A stretch of DNA of 64,000 nt, taken from IMG/VR virus record IMGVR_UViG_3300033068_001577; one strand, 5' to 3'. Positions 46,395-54,757 of the stretch are shown here, piece by piece (the first letter of the stretch is position 1; each line of letters opens with the position of its first letter). The translations under genes were made by a program, and so were the position numbers. Source of the stretch: an uncultured virus (IMG/VR IMGVR_UViG_3300033068_001577). Lineage: Duplodnaviria; Heunggongvirae; Uroviricota; Caudoviricetes. The notes below the pieces were generated by a model that did no database searches, had not been told where the DNA came from, and saw nothing but the letters and a program-made list of their open reading frames with translations.

Positions 46395-47204
46395 CTACAC
46401 CGTTCCATGGTGACGTAGGTAGGCGATGGCCTTGAGCATCAGGTCGACGTCATCGTCAAACGTGCCGATGCCTTTGTTGCACCGCTGGCAGAGCAGCGCT
46501 CGGATATTACCGGTCTTGTGGTCGTGATCGACAGCAAGATGTCGGACCATGCCGTTGCGCATTTCTGTTTCCGGCTGGTGGCAGATCGCGCACTTGTGGT
46601 CTTGAGCCGCCGCCATGGCCTGCAGCTGGGCCAGTCCAAAATCTGCGCCGTATTTGCTCTTAAGATCGCTATTCCACGCGCCGGTTCCGTACACGGTCCG
46701 CCGTGCGTAGCGATGTCGCTTGGCGTATTCCTCGTCCGTCTCGTTGCGCTGACGCTCGACAAGGCGTTCGCGCCATTCGAAATTGCCGGGGCCCATAGGC
46801 TCGTGCATGCGCAAACGGTATAGGCGGTGTTTCGGTCCTGGGCGCTGACCGACCCCCGCTTCAAAAGCGAAGTAGTCTTCTCGCCATTCGGGCACGATAG
46901 GGTACGCGTCGGGGCGACGATAGGAGGCCCACACGGAGTACAGCGCCTGGTTACTCTTGAGATTGAAGTTATCCGCGCGCGGGTCGTCGAAAGAGCCCGA
47001 CACTCGTAATCTCTTGGCGTGCATTTGGCACAGCCCTCGGCCGTGCGCCTGCTTATCGCAGCCTTCCACTGTGCATTGCTTTCGCGGCATACGATGCCGC
47101 GCGACCGACCCTGTGCGTTTCCATTGCTGGTAGCAGGCGCGGCAGTACCCCTTTGCCTTAAGGTACGTGTCGTTCCCGCATCCCGCGCATACGCCGTTTG
47201 CCAT
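46395..47204 (-). CDS. endonuclease VII-like homing endonuclease
   Basis: QDHKCAIC...LAVDHDH.TG.IR.LLC..CN..IG...DD; N-terminal Cys clusters; AGAGGA RBS. Confidence 0.88.
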   Translation of the reverse strand: MANGVCAGCGNDTYLKAKGYCRACYQQWKRTGSVARHRMPRKQCTVEGCDKQAHGRGLCQMHAKRLRVSGSFDDPRADNFNLKSNQALYSVWASYRRPDAYPIVPEWREDYFAFEAGVGQRPGPKHRLYRLRMHEPMGPGNFEWRERLVERQRNETDEEYAKRHRYARRTVYGTGAWNSDLKSKYGADFGLAQLQAMAAAQDHKCAICHQPETEMRNGMVRHLAVDHDHKTGNIRALLCQRCNKGIGTFDDDVDLMLKAIAYLRHHGTV

Positions 47205-47236
47205 CTGATGTCCTCTTGTGTTGGGTTACAAAGAGA

Positions 47237-47265
47237 ATACTAGCGTAGGGCGCGTGTTTTGTAAA
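47237..47265 (-). promoter_or_regulatory. putative sigma70 promoter for the EndoVII-like gene
   Basis: TTTACA-17 nt-TAGTAT on the minus strand, downstream of the capsid terminator. Confidence 0.55.
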
Positions 47266-47314
47266 CTATTTGTTTTGATACCGGTAACAGTGTATTACCA
47301 GTGTCGAAATCGCC

Positions 47315-47348
47315 GAAAGAAGAAACCCGCCGTTTCCGGCGGGTTTCC
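47315..47348 (-). terminator. intrinsic terminator after major capsid gene
   Basis: 11-bp stem GAAACCCGCCG/CGGCGGGTTTC with a T-rich tail on the minus strand. Confidence 0.75.
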
Positions 47349-47374
47349 AAAAGCGCAGGAGAAATTTTTTCTCC

Positions 47375-48298
47375 TCAAGAGCCAGGCGACCCCCACGTTG
47401 CCAGGTAATCTGACACACCGAAGGCATATCGTTCCCTTTGACGATACCTTATGTTACCCGTGTCGAAGTCCCCGTCTGAATCTTCCGATACGGGGACGCG
47501 ATTGAAATACTTGAAGCCTTCGGGCACGTCGGTCATCAGGAACCAGGCATCGGGATCGGTGAGATAGTGGTTCACCGCGAAGCCTTCCGGAACGGCCGCC
47601 GAGACGCGAATGGCATTCACGTCGTTCTGGGCGGTGCCGGGCTGCAGCTGCGTCTCGAGGATGCGAACCGCAGTGTACTGGTTGTCAACCGGCACGATCA
47701 TCTTGCGGACACGAGCCTGGATCAGCTTGCCGCGGTCGTCAGTCCACTTGGCGATCTGGATGGTCGCAGCCTCGAGGCTGGTCTCATTCAGGTCGACGGC
47801 GACGGACGGCCGGTTGGAGATGACGGGCCCGGCGACCTGCGGGTGCGAGGTCGAGTAGAGGGGGACGCCGTCGCCAACGCCGTAGCCGCCCGAGGCAAGG
47901 GCGGTGAAGCCCGTGTTCAGGATGGCTGCGGCCTTGATCTCCTTGGTGTTGCGCATGGCGCGACCGAGCTCGCGGGAGTAGCGAGCGCTCAGGGAGTCGT
48001 AGAGGTTGTCCTCGAACGCTTCCTGGGTCAGCGCGAACCCCATGGAGATGGTCTCCATGTAGTACGTGCTGGTGTAGCCTTCCTGGGCGGTGTCGAACAG
48101 GGTGGTAGCACCTTCCTGCTTGACGGGCGCCGACTGGAAGCCGGTGATCTTCTGGTCCTGCTCGAAGCTGCGCTCCGAGGAGTGTTCGGTGTAAATGTCC
48201 ATGAACTCCATGGGATACTCGTTGTACGACATCCCGAAGAGTGCATTGAGGCCCGGAAGCAGCTCGCGGAGCAGCTGGGCACGAGAGATAGCAGCCAT
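47375..48298 (-). CDS. major capsid protein
   Basis: AISRAQL..EL.PGLNALFG..Y, S.RSFE, GDG..L....HP, NHYLTD.DAWF..TD.P.G, DFDTGN.RY..RERY.FG; AAGGAG RBS; downstream terminator. Confidence 0.88.
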   Translation of the reverse strand: MAAISRAQLLRELLPGLNALFGMSYNEYPMEFMDIYTEHSSERSFEQDQKITGFQSAPVKQEGATTLFDTAQEGYTSTYYMETISMGFALTQEAFEDNLYDSLSARYSRELGRAMRNTKEIKAAAILNTGFTALASGGYGVGDGVPLYSTSHPQVAGPVISNRPSVAVDLNETSLEAATIQIAKWTDDRGKLIQARVRKMIVPVDNQYTAVRILETQLQPGTAQNDVNAIRVSAAVPEGFAVNHYLTDPDAWFLMTDVPEGFKYFNRVPVSEDSDGDFDTGNIRYRQRERYAFGVSDYLATWGSPGS

Positions 48299-48313
48299 GT
48301 CAGTGCTCCTTGG

Positions 48314-48907
48314 TTAAACGCCCAGCGCCGTAAACAGCTGCTGGTTGTTGTTGAAGACCACGAGCACGTCCGTGAAGGCGTCGCCCGGCGCGTTGCCCGG
48401 AAGCTCCGGGAAGCCGACGATGCGGAGCGGCAGCGTATTGGTCGTGTTGACCGAGCTGGCGTTCAGCGCGTTGCGGCTCTTGCCGAAGATCGAGCTGCCG
48501 GCGGTCTGGACGATCGCGGCATTCTGGCCGATGGCGTCCTGGGTGACCGAACCGTTGGCCTGGATCTGGAACACGGCCCAGGGGAACGTGATGATCCGCG
48601 CCTTGGGCTGCTTGGCCCCGGTGGTGTAGCCCGTGGTCGTCGAGGCCGGCCAGAACTGGCTTTCCTGCAGATAGCCGAGCGAGGGGTCGATGTACTCGCA
48701 GCCGATGAAGACGCCCCAGGGCGTCAGGGTCGAGGTCCCGGTGTCCTTCTGGACATAGTTGTCGGAACCGAGCTTGACGACATCGCCGAAATAGAGGGCG
48801 GTCGTGTAGCCGTCGAGGATGGGGTAGGTCTCGAAACCCTGGGTGTTGTAGCCAGCACCCTGGTTCTGGACCGGAATCATCCCGTAGGGAGAGGCGGAAC
48901 TCGCCAT
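48314..48907 (-). CDS. capsid-associated (cement/decoration) protein
   Basis: PYG..P, GD.V, GVF.GCEY.D motifs; directly upstream of the capsid gene. Confidence 0.65.
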   Translation of the reverse strand: MASSASPYGMIPVQNQGAGYNTQGFETYPILDGYTTALYFGDVVKLGSDNYVQKDTGTSTLTPWGVFIGCEYIDPSLGYLQESQFWPASTTTGYTTGAKQPKARIITFPWAVFQIQANGSVTQDAIGQNAAIVQTAGSSIFGKSRNALNASSVNTTNTLPLRIVGFPELPGNAPGDAFTDVLVVFNNNQQLFTALGV

Positions 48908-48937
48908 GTCAGGTCTCCTGAAGGTTGAACATGATCG

Positions 48938-49426
48938 TCAGCGGCCGGTCTGGCCGAAAACGACTTTACGGCGATTGTCCGCAATCTTCTTCATCAGCTC
49001 GTGGTCCGAACGCATGTAGTGCTCCTCTGCCGACGTCAGACCCTGGCGGGTCTTGCTGTCGTAGAAGCGCCTGCGTTCATCGACCATCTCCTGCGGCATC
49101 TTGCACAGGATCAGGCCGCCCGATTCGATCAAGCCGTTTCGCGCCGGCATGTGCCAGGCTTTCAGGATCTCGGGGTGTTCCTCGGCCGTGACCGGTTCCC
49201 ACCCTTCCCTGTAACGCTTGTCGACGTTGACCTTGTCGTCCGTGCCCCGGCTTGACGCCCTGATCCACTTGAAGACCCAGCCATCGGCCGGTTCGGGATC
49301 GGGGAGCAGCGAGGGCTCGGCCCACTGACGTTTGCGCTCGGACTTCTCGCGCGTATCCAATGACCGCGGCTGTCTGGTTGCCGGACCTGCAAGGTCCCCC
49401 CAGGGATCGTCGCTATCGGTCATCAT
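48938..49426 (-). CDS. conserved head-module protein
   Basis: LP.P.P..G..F.WIR.S..G..D..N.....REGWEPV...GGL.LCK.P. Confidence 0.65.
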   Translation of the reverse strand: MMTDSDDPWGDLAGPATRQPRSLDTREKSERKRQWAEPSLLPDPEPADGWVFKWIRASSRGTDDKVNVDKRYREGWEPVTAEEHPEILKAWHMPARNGLIESGGLILCKMPQEMVDERRRFYDSKTRQGLTSAEEHYMRSDHELMKKIADNRRKVVFGQTGR

Positions 49427-50439
49427 GCGCCACCTTCGGCTTCAAGCCGCCTTCTCTTTTCCTCGGCGTATTTCGCCAGAGGGATCCTCATCTTGTTGGC
49501 GAGAGAGACTTCGGACCTCGTCAGCTCCACCTTGCGTGGGTCGCCGGAACGCGTCTCGCGCGAACCGTCAGCCACCACGTTCGTCCGTCGAGGGGTGGAG
49601 CGCCCCCCATCGTCCGTGTCGGTAGACCCCGAAGGGTCGTAGGACCTGTGCTCTGGATACATGGCTTTCAGGCCCTTGTCCAATTCTCGTGTGTATTCAG
49701 GGGACGCAGGCGCAATGCCGCGGCCCCGGATGGTCTTGTCGAGGCTCATCGCGAACTCGGTGCGCGCCGGGTCCTTGTTGAACCAGCTGTCGTTATGCGC
49801 GATCCAGGCCGCGACATTCGGCGCCAGCACCGGCGCCTGCCGGGAGGCTTCGCGCGCCGGAGCCTCGCGCTGGACAGGCGCCGCCTTTTCACGTGCGGCC
49901 TGCGCCGTGATCGCCGCAAGTTCGGCCGAGGCTGTGGCGATCTCGGCGGTCGCCGAGGCGATCAGGGCCGAGTCGCCATCGCTATGGGCCTGCGCCAGCT
50001 TGCGCTGCGCCTCGGTCATCCGGGCTTCGCGCTCGGACTTGAGCGAGTTGGTGAGGGCCGTGGTGCTGGTGCCGAGCGTGGCGCGCAGCTGTTCGGCCTC
50101 GCGCTGCACGGCTGTCGCGTGTTCGATGGCGGCGTCACGTTCGCGTTCGGCCGCCTCGCGCGCCCGGCGCTCGGTGTGCGTCTCGAACTTCAGCCGATCG
50201 ATGCGCTTCTGGACGTTCTTGCTGACGCCGCGCAGGTCGTCTTCCTGGTCGGCAAGCGAGCGGTCCAGCGTCGTCGGCTGGCCGCGATCGTCGTCGGGCG
50301 TGTCGTCGACGATCTCGTAGTCTTCGTCGGGCTTGTCGAGATCGACCATGACGCGTTCGGGCAGGTCATCGGCGCTGCGCGGCAGCTCCTGCATGTAGCG
50401 CTTGTCGCGGCCGGCGGGGGCAAAGGAGGGGCGCGCCAT
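49423..50439 (-). CDS. putative scaffolding protein
   Basis: Acidic N terminus, VQKRI..L coiled coil, W...N.WF, C-terminal V.LT..E...A......YA. Confidence 0.7.
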   Translation of the reverse strand: MARPSFAPAGRDKRYMQELPRSADDLPERVMVDLDKPDEDYEIVDDTPDDDRGQPTTLDRSLADQEDDLRGVSKNVQKRIDRLKFETHTERRAREAAERERDAAIEHATAVQREAEQLRATLGTSTTALTNSLKSEREARMTEAQRKLAQAHSDGDSALIASATAEIATASAELAAITAQAAREKAAPVQREAPAREASRQAPVLAPNVAAWIAHNDSWFNKDPARTEFAMSLDKTIRGRGIAPASPEYTRELDKGLKAMYPEHRSYDPSGSTDTDDGGRSTPRRTNVVADGSRETRSGDPRKVELTRSEVSLANKMRIPLAKYAEEKRRRLEAEGGA

Positions 50440-50867
50440 CAGAGGCCCGCCACTTCTGCGCCGCTCGGCACGACGCCGACGATATTGTCGTCGGTCAGCA
50501 TCCGATACTCGACCATCTCGCCGCTGACCTTGTCGGTCGAACGGAAGCGCATGCCGGAATAGCGCGAGAACAGCACGGTGTCGCCCACCTTGCACCACGG
50601 GCCGCCCGAGAACTTGCGGGCGTCCTTATAGCATTCGTCGCCCTGCGCCAGGACCACGCCGACCACAGTGGCCGCGCGCTCGCGCTCATTGACCGCCGCC
50701 GGGATGTAGATGCCGGACGCCGTGGTTTCGGCGAAAGTCGGGAGGGCGATGAGCATGTGGTAGCCGACGGGGTCGGGCAGTATCACCAGTTCGGTGTCGC
50801 TGCGGTCTTCCGCGGCCGGTGCAGGCGCTTTGAAGCTGAACGGCTTCGTCGCCAGATTTTTAGTCAC
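50439..50867 (-). CDS. groES: GroES-like co-chaperonin
   Basis: P.G..MLI...T.SGIYIP...G.V.A.G...PWCKVGD.V.F.RYSG...DD.I.GVV; GTG start with AAGGAG RBS. Confidence 0.82.
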   Translation of the reverse strand: MTKNLATKPFSFKAPAPAAEDRSDTELVILPDPVGYHMLIALPTFAETTASGIYIPAAVNERERAATVVGVVLAQGDECYKDARKFSGGPWCKVGDTVLFSRYSGMRFRSTDKVSGEMVEYRMLTDDNIVGVVPSGAEVAGL

Positions 50868-51060
50868 TATCGTCTCCTTGCTGCTGGATTTCAACGATGC
50901 GCTCCTCGACGAGGAGCAGGACGCGGTGCCGCTCGGCGGCTTTGGCGAACATCATGCCGGCGCGAGCGGGCTCGACATCGGCGGCCGGGCCCCCGAGCAG
51001 CGCCTCGGCGGCGCTGGCTTTCTCTTCCCGGACCCAATGCAACAGCGTGGCGTAGGCCAT
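50860..51060 (-). CDS. hypothetical protein
   Basis: 66-aa helical ORF overlapping the groES start. Confidence 0.55.
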   Translation of the reverse strand: MAYATLLHWVREEKASAAEALLGGPAADVEPARAGMMFAKAAERHRVLLLVEERIVEIQQQGDDSD

Positions 51061-51084
51061 CTCAGTTTGTGCTCCAGGCCATTC

Positions 51085-51579
51085 TTACGCCGCCAACAAC
51101 AGCAGCGTATCTTCTTCGTCGTTTGCGCGCAAATCCGCGTTGACTGTCTCGCGGCGGCCTATCGCTCCTGTTACGTCGGCGGCGTTCGGCAGCAGGACAT
51201 TCATTTCGTGGCTGCGAGTTTCAACATACCTACGAATACCGGCGCGGTCGGAGGCAGTGACGGGGGTCATCCAGCTGATGCCTACTTCTAGGAAAGCCGC
51301 GTCGACCAGATCGTCGAGATTCTCTTGGGTCCATTGGCGCGCTTTACGCTGCGCACGATAGGCGTCGTCTTCCCACCAGCGTCGACCCCAGGAGCCGTTA
51401 CCGCCACTGGAACCTGCGCGTCCCGTTTCCGTCGCTTGCGCAAAGGTGAGCGCGCCGGCCGCTGCGCCCGCGCCGGTAAGCGACGCGGACATGGCCCCAG
51501 GGTTCTGTTCGCCACCTTCGAAATAGCCGGGCGGAAAATAGCCGGGCGGGAAATAGCCATCGTTGAAATAGTCTGCCAT
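51085..51579 (-). CDS. hypothetical protein with GYFPP repeats
   Basis: N-terminal YFNDGYFPPGYFPPGYFE; C-terminal DEEDTLLLLAA. Confidence 0.6.
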   Translation of the reverse strand: MADYFNDGYFPPGYFPPGYFEGGEQNPGAMSASLTGAGAAAGALTFAQATETGRAGSSGGNGSWGRRWWEDDAYRAQRKARQWTQENLDDLVDAAFLEVGISWMTPVTASDRAGIRRYVETRSHEMNVLLPNAADVTGAIGRRETVNADLRANDEEDTLLLLAA

Positions 51580-52379
51580 CAATCCGTATCCAGCGTAATT
51601 GCCGTGCGGTTGCCGTTGGAGTCCACGGTTGCAATGATGCGGTCGGTATCTCCCACCAGCGCATTCTGGAAAGTGATGGTTGTCGTCTCGGCCCCTGACA
51701 CTGTACCTGCCGTCGCAGCCGCGATGACGCGCAGCGCCTGCCGCAGCGTCAGTCCGGTCTCGACGCCATCGGTTGCGTCGAGGATGGTATCGGCCACGTT
51801 AGCCGTGGTCAGCGCATCGCCGGTAACTGATATGCTCGCGGCCAGTGTACCCAAAGCGGTGGACAAGGCAACGAGGTCGCCGGTCCCTTGCACAGCCGCG
51901 ACGGCGCGACCGAGCGCGCTAAGCGCGCCCGCGATAGCGCCCTGCCCGGCCAATGCCGCGGCGAGCTGCAAGAACGCCTTGGCTTCGGCGCTACTGATAG
52001 TTCCGGCGCCGGCCAGCGCAGCGACCATCGAGATGATCAGCTGCCCGATCCCTGACAAGGCGCCAGTGCCCGCGAGGGTTGCGTCGCCGTTGACCCCCGC
52101 GGCCATGCTCACGACGGCCTCCCCGGCGCCGAATATCTGGTTCCGGGCCCCGAGTGCGCCGGGCGACTTTGGCATCACCCACGAGGCTTCATCCCGGTAG
52201 CCGTCCGGGATGCCTGCAAGATCGGTGGTGATTCCCGTCCCGGCGGTCATGTTGCGGCTGGTGGATGTAAACCAGAAATTCGCCATCAGCGCGGATGGAT
52301 ATGCGCTATTGCTGACCGTGGGCCCGTAGATGCGGACGCCTGTCGAGAAATCCCGGTAGCCGTTCTGCATCAAGGCCAC
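51579..52379 (-). CDS. Ala/Gly-rich virion fibre protein
   Basis: L.G.G repeats; C-terminal VETGLTLRQALR...AG..SGA...RI.ATVD..GNR. Confidence 0.6.
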   Translation of the reverse strand: MALMQNGYRDFSTGVRIYGPTVSNSAYPSALMANFWFTSTSRNMTAGTGITTDLAGIPDGYRDEASWVMPKSPGALGARNQIFGAGEAVVSMAAGVNGDATLAGTGALSGIGQLIISMVAALAGAGTISSAEAKAFLQLAAALAGQGAIAGALSALGRAVAAVQGTGDLVALSTALGTLAASISVTGDALTTANVADTILDATDGVETGLTLRQALRVIAAATAGTVSGAETTTITFQNALVGDTDRIIATVDSNGNRTAITLDTD

Positions 52380-52385
52380 GGCGGA

Positions 52386-53270
52386 TCAGCCCCCATACCC
52401 GTAGTCGAAGTCGACCATGATCGTGCCCGCCGACGTCGTTGCGCCAGTCTGGAACAGCAGGAACTGCAGGTTGGCGCCGTCTACGATCTGTGGCAGCGAC
52501 GGGAAGGCATTGAGGAAATCCACTTTGGTGTAAAGGCCCGTGGCGGGCACCGGGATTGTCCAGAGCGGTTTGCACAACCCGATAATGACGGTGCCCGATG
52601 CGTGCGCCGTGCCGGCCCAGACGAGACTGACGATGTCGCTCACGCCGGTGTCGGCTGCTGCCAGCGGCAGGAACGGGTTATATTTATTCGCGGCCGTACC
52701 CGAGTTGAGCAACTGCCCGACACCGAGCGAAGCGGTGGACGTAAACGTGGTCGTCGCGTTGGCGCCGCCTGCGGTGTTCAAATAGTTGACGATGCAAGTC
52801 GGGGCGTTGGCGCCGAGCGCCGTGTCGGCGGCCACAAACAGCCGCAGGCCCGTTCCCGACGGGTAGCGTGCGCCGCTGCCGATGGCAGTCATGGTGACGG
52901 TCTTGGTGCCGGTCGTGCTGACGTTGGTTCCCGACAGCGGCACGTAACCGACGAGGTCGATCGCCATCAGATACCAGGGGGCGCCCGCTGCGGCGACGCA
53001 CGCCGCGCCCGCGCCGAGAAAATGCTTGGTCGCGGGGGAGACGTTACCCCCTGTATAGGGAGCGCCTTCCGACCAAGTGTTGTCGGTGTCCACCCATGTC
53101 AGATCCGTGCCGGCAAAAGTTGCAGCCGGTGGTGTACCGGGGTGCCCGGACAATAGCGTCCAGTGCCCTGCGGTTCCTGCCGACGAAAGCGTCTTGTTGT
53201 AAAAAGTATTCCCGTACTTGCCGTTGTTAGTGATCTGGTTGATGAGATCGTCTTGACTTGTCCAGCCCAT
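52386..53270 (-). CDS. putative virion protein (paralogue of 53275-54171)
   Basis: PFLPLAAADTGVSDI, LPQIVDGANL. Confidence 0.6.
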   Translation of the reverse strand: MGWTSQDDLINQITNNGKYGNTFYNKTLSSAGTAGHWTLLSGHPGTPPAATFAGTDLTWVDTDNTWSEGAPYTGGNVSPATKHFLGAGAACVAAAGAPWYLMAIDLVGYVPLSGTNVSTTGTKTVTMTAIGSGARYPSGTGLRLFVAADTALGANAPTCIVNYLNTAGGANATTTFTSTASLGVGQLLNSGTAANKYNPFLPLAAADTGVSDIVSLVWAGTAHASGTVIIGLCKPLWTIPVPATGLYTKVDFLNAFPSLPQIVDGANLQFLLFQTGATTSAGTIMVDFDYGYGG

Positions 53271-53274
53271 TGCG

Positions 53275-54171
53275 TCAGTTCCACGTTGTTTCGAGAATGC
53301 CAGACAATACGCTAGACGCGAGTGACCCCGCATACCCGGCAGCAAACAGCCCGAGTACGGCGCCGTCGATGATCCTTGGCGGGCGCGTATGGATCATCGA
53401 GGCGAACTCGTCGCAAGCCCCGTAACTTTCCAGATTGCCTGTGGTCGTGCGCCGCGACCCCTGCGTCGTGTACGCGGTCAGCAGGGGCGCGACAATGACG
53501 AGCGCCATCAGGCCGCCCCCGGCAACCGAGAACGATACCGACTCGATGCTCTGCACACCGGTGTCCCCCGCCTGCAGGTGACAGAACGGGTGGAAAGACG
53601 CGACAGAGCCGACGCTGGTCGCGACAACCTGGCCCCCGCCAGTGGCGGCACGCGTGAAATGGTTCTGCGACACGCGCCCGGCAACGCCCTGGTCGTTGGT
53701 GTAGATAAACGTGAACTGGCCATTGGACGCAGCAGGGGATTGCGAGACCGCGATCACCTGGCCGCCGCTATAGCGCGGAAGACTGACTGCCTGCACCATA
53801 TCCTGCTGTTCGCCCACCGCGTCGGTGTCGATAAACGGGTAGTACAGGAGCAGGTCAGCGAGAACGAACTGCTGCCGGTCGTTGGTGGTGCCGGTCGCCG
53901 AGGCGGCGGCGCTCATGAATTTCAGATTACGCAGGTGCTGCGTGGCCGGCGCGACGGTCGGAACGTAGAACCCTCGGGCGGCGTCGACAAAAGCCGCCTC
54001 GAGCGGCGTGGAGGCGTAGAAGTTTGCCGGGGGCGAGCCCGAATAATAGCTGTAGTCCGTCCATGCGCTGGTGGTGGTTGCAACGCCGGACGCAGCCTTG
54101 CGGAACCCGGTGATCCACGATTGCCCCTGGTCTTCCGCTTTTGGCCATTGTCCGATATTGGCAAAGCCCAT
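53275..54171 (-). CDS. putative virion protein
   Basis: PFCHLQAGDTGVQSI, PPRIIDGAVL. Confidence 0.6.
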   Translation of the reverse strand: MGFANIGQWPKAEDQGQSWITGFRKAASGVATTTSAWTDYSYYSGSPPANFYASTPLEAAFVDAARGFYVPTVAPATQHLRNLKFMSAAASATGTTNDRQQFVLADLLLYYPFIDTDAVGEQQDMVQAVSLPRYSGGQVIAVSQSPAASNGQFTFIYTNDQGVAGRVSQNHFTRAATGGGQVVATSVGSVASFHPFCHLQAGDTGVQSIESVSFSVAGGGLMALVIVAPLLTAYTTQGSRRTTTGNLESYGACDEFASMIHTRPPRIIDGAVLGLFAAGYAGSLASSVLSGILETTWN

Positions 54172-54323
54172 CACTTACCCCGCGTCACAGCCGATTCGCC
54201 TGTGGCTGTGGCTGTCAGATGTGCAAGGACAGGCGCGTCCGTGCAGCTGCATTTGCGCACAAACCCGCCGTTGTTGGTCCGCTCGACATCCACGCCGCAG
54301 ATCTTGCAGGTGTACCGGGTCAT
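54171..54323 (-). CDS. small Cys-containing protein
   Basis: 50-aa ORF with YTCKICG and KCSC; overlaps both neighbours. Confidence 0.5.
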   Translation of the reverse strand: MTRYTCKICGVDVERTNNGGFVRKCSCTDAPVLAHLTATATGESAVTRGK

Positions 54324-54754
54324 GTTTCGGTCACATCGAGCGCGCCGGCGGCAAACTGCGGCTGGATGCCGTTGGCCACAGCCAAGGAGCTCGACAGTGC
54401 TCCGGCGTAAAGCACCGTTCCCGCGCCGCTCGATGCCGTGCCGATCGCGACGTGCGTGATGGTGGCGCCGGTGACGCCGCACTGAGCGAATTGCGCCAGC
54501 GCCGCGTTGGCCGTCGCCCCGCCCGATGGTACATCCCACCCCGATGTGGTCCGCACGACCGCGATCCGCACATAGTTCGTGTAGGACGTTTCGTTCGTGG
54601 TCTGGTTGTTGCCGACGCCAGGGTCCGCCGTGTGCAGCGACAGATAGAGATTCGACAGCGGTGAGGACGTGTCGTTCTCGGCTATATCCGCCCAAGCCGT
54701 GGCGTTGAAAATCAACGCCAGGATCGAGTTGCAGGTTGCGGTGGACTTGGGCAT
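54320..54754 (-). CDS. phage tail-fibre-like structural protein
   Basis: LYLSLHTADPG.....NE.SY..Y.R..V...L..G.L...L.V..G..P.F.AG.L. Confidence 0.65.
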   Translation of the reverse strand: MPKSTATCNSILALIFNATAWADIAENDTSSPLSNLYLSLHTADPGVGNNQTTNETSYTNYVRIAVVRTTSGWDVPSGGATANAALAQFAQCGVTGATITHVAIGTASSGAGTVLYAGALSSSLAVANGIQPQFAAGALDVTET

Positions 54755-54757
54755 AGG

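Noticed and set aside
50439..50867. groES as a host-derived gene or a novelty
   Set aside because: GroES-like genes beside scaffold and capsid genes are common in this type of phage head module
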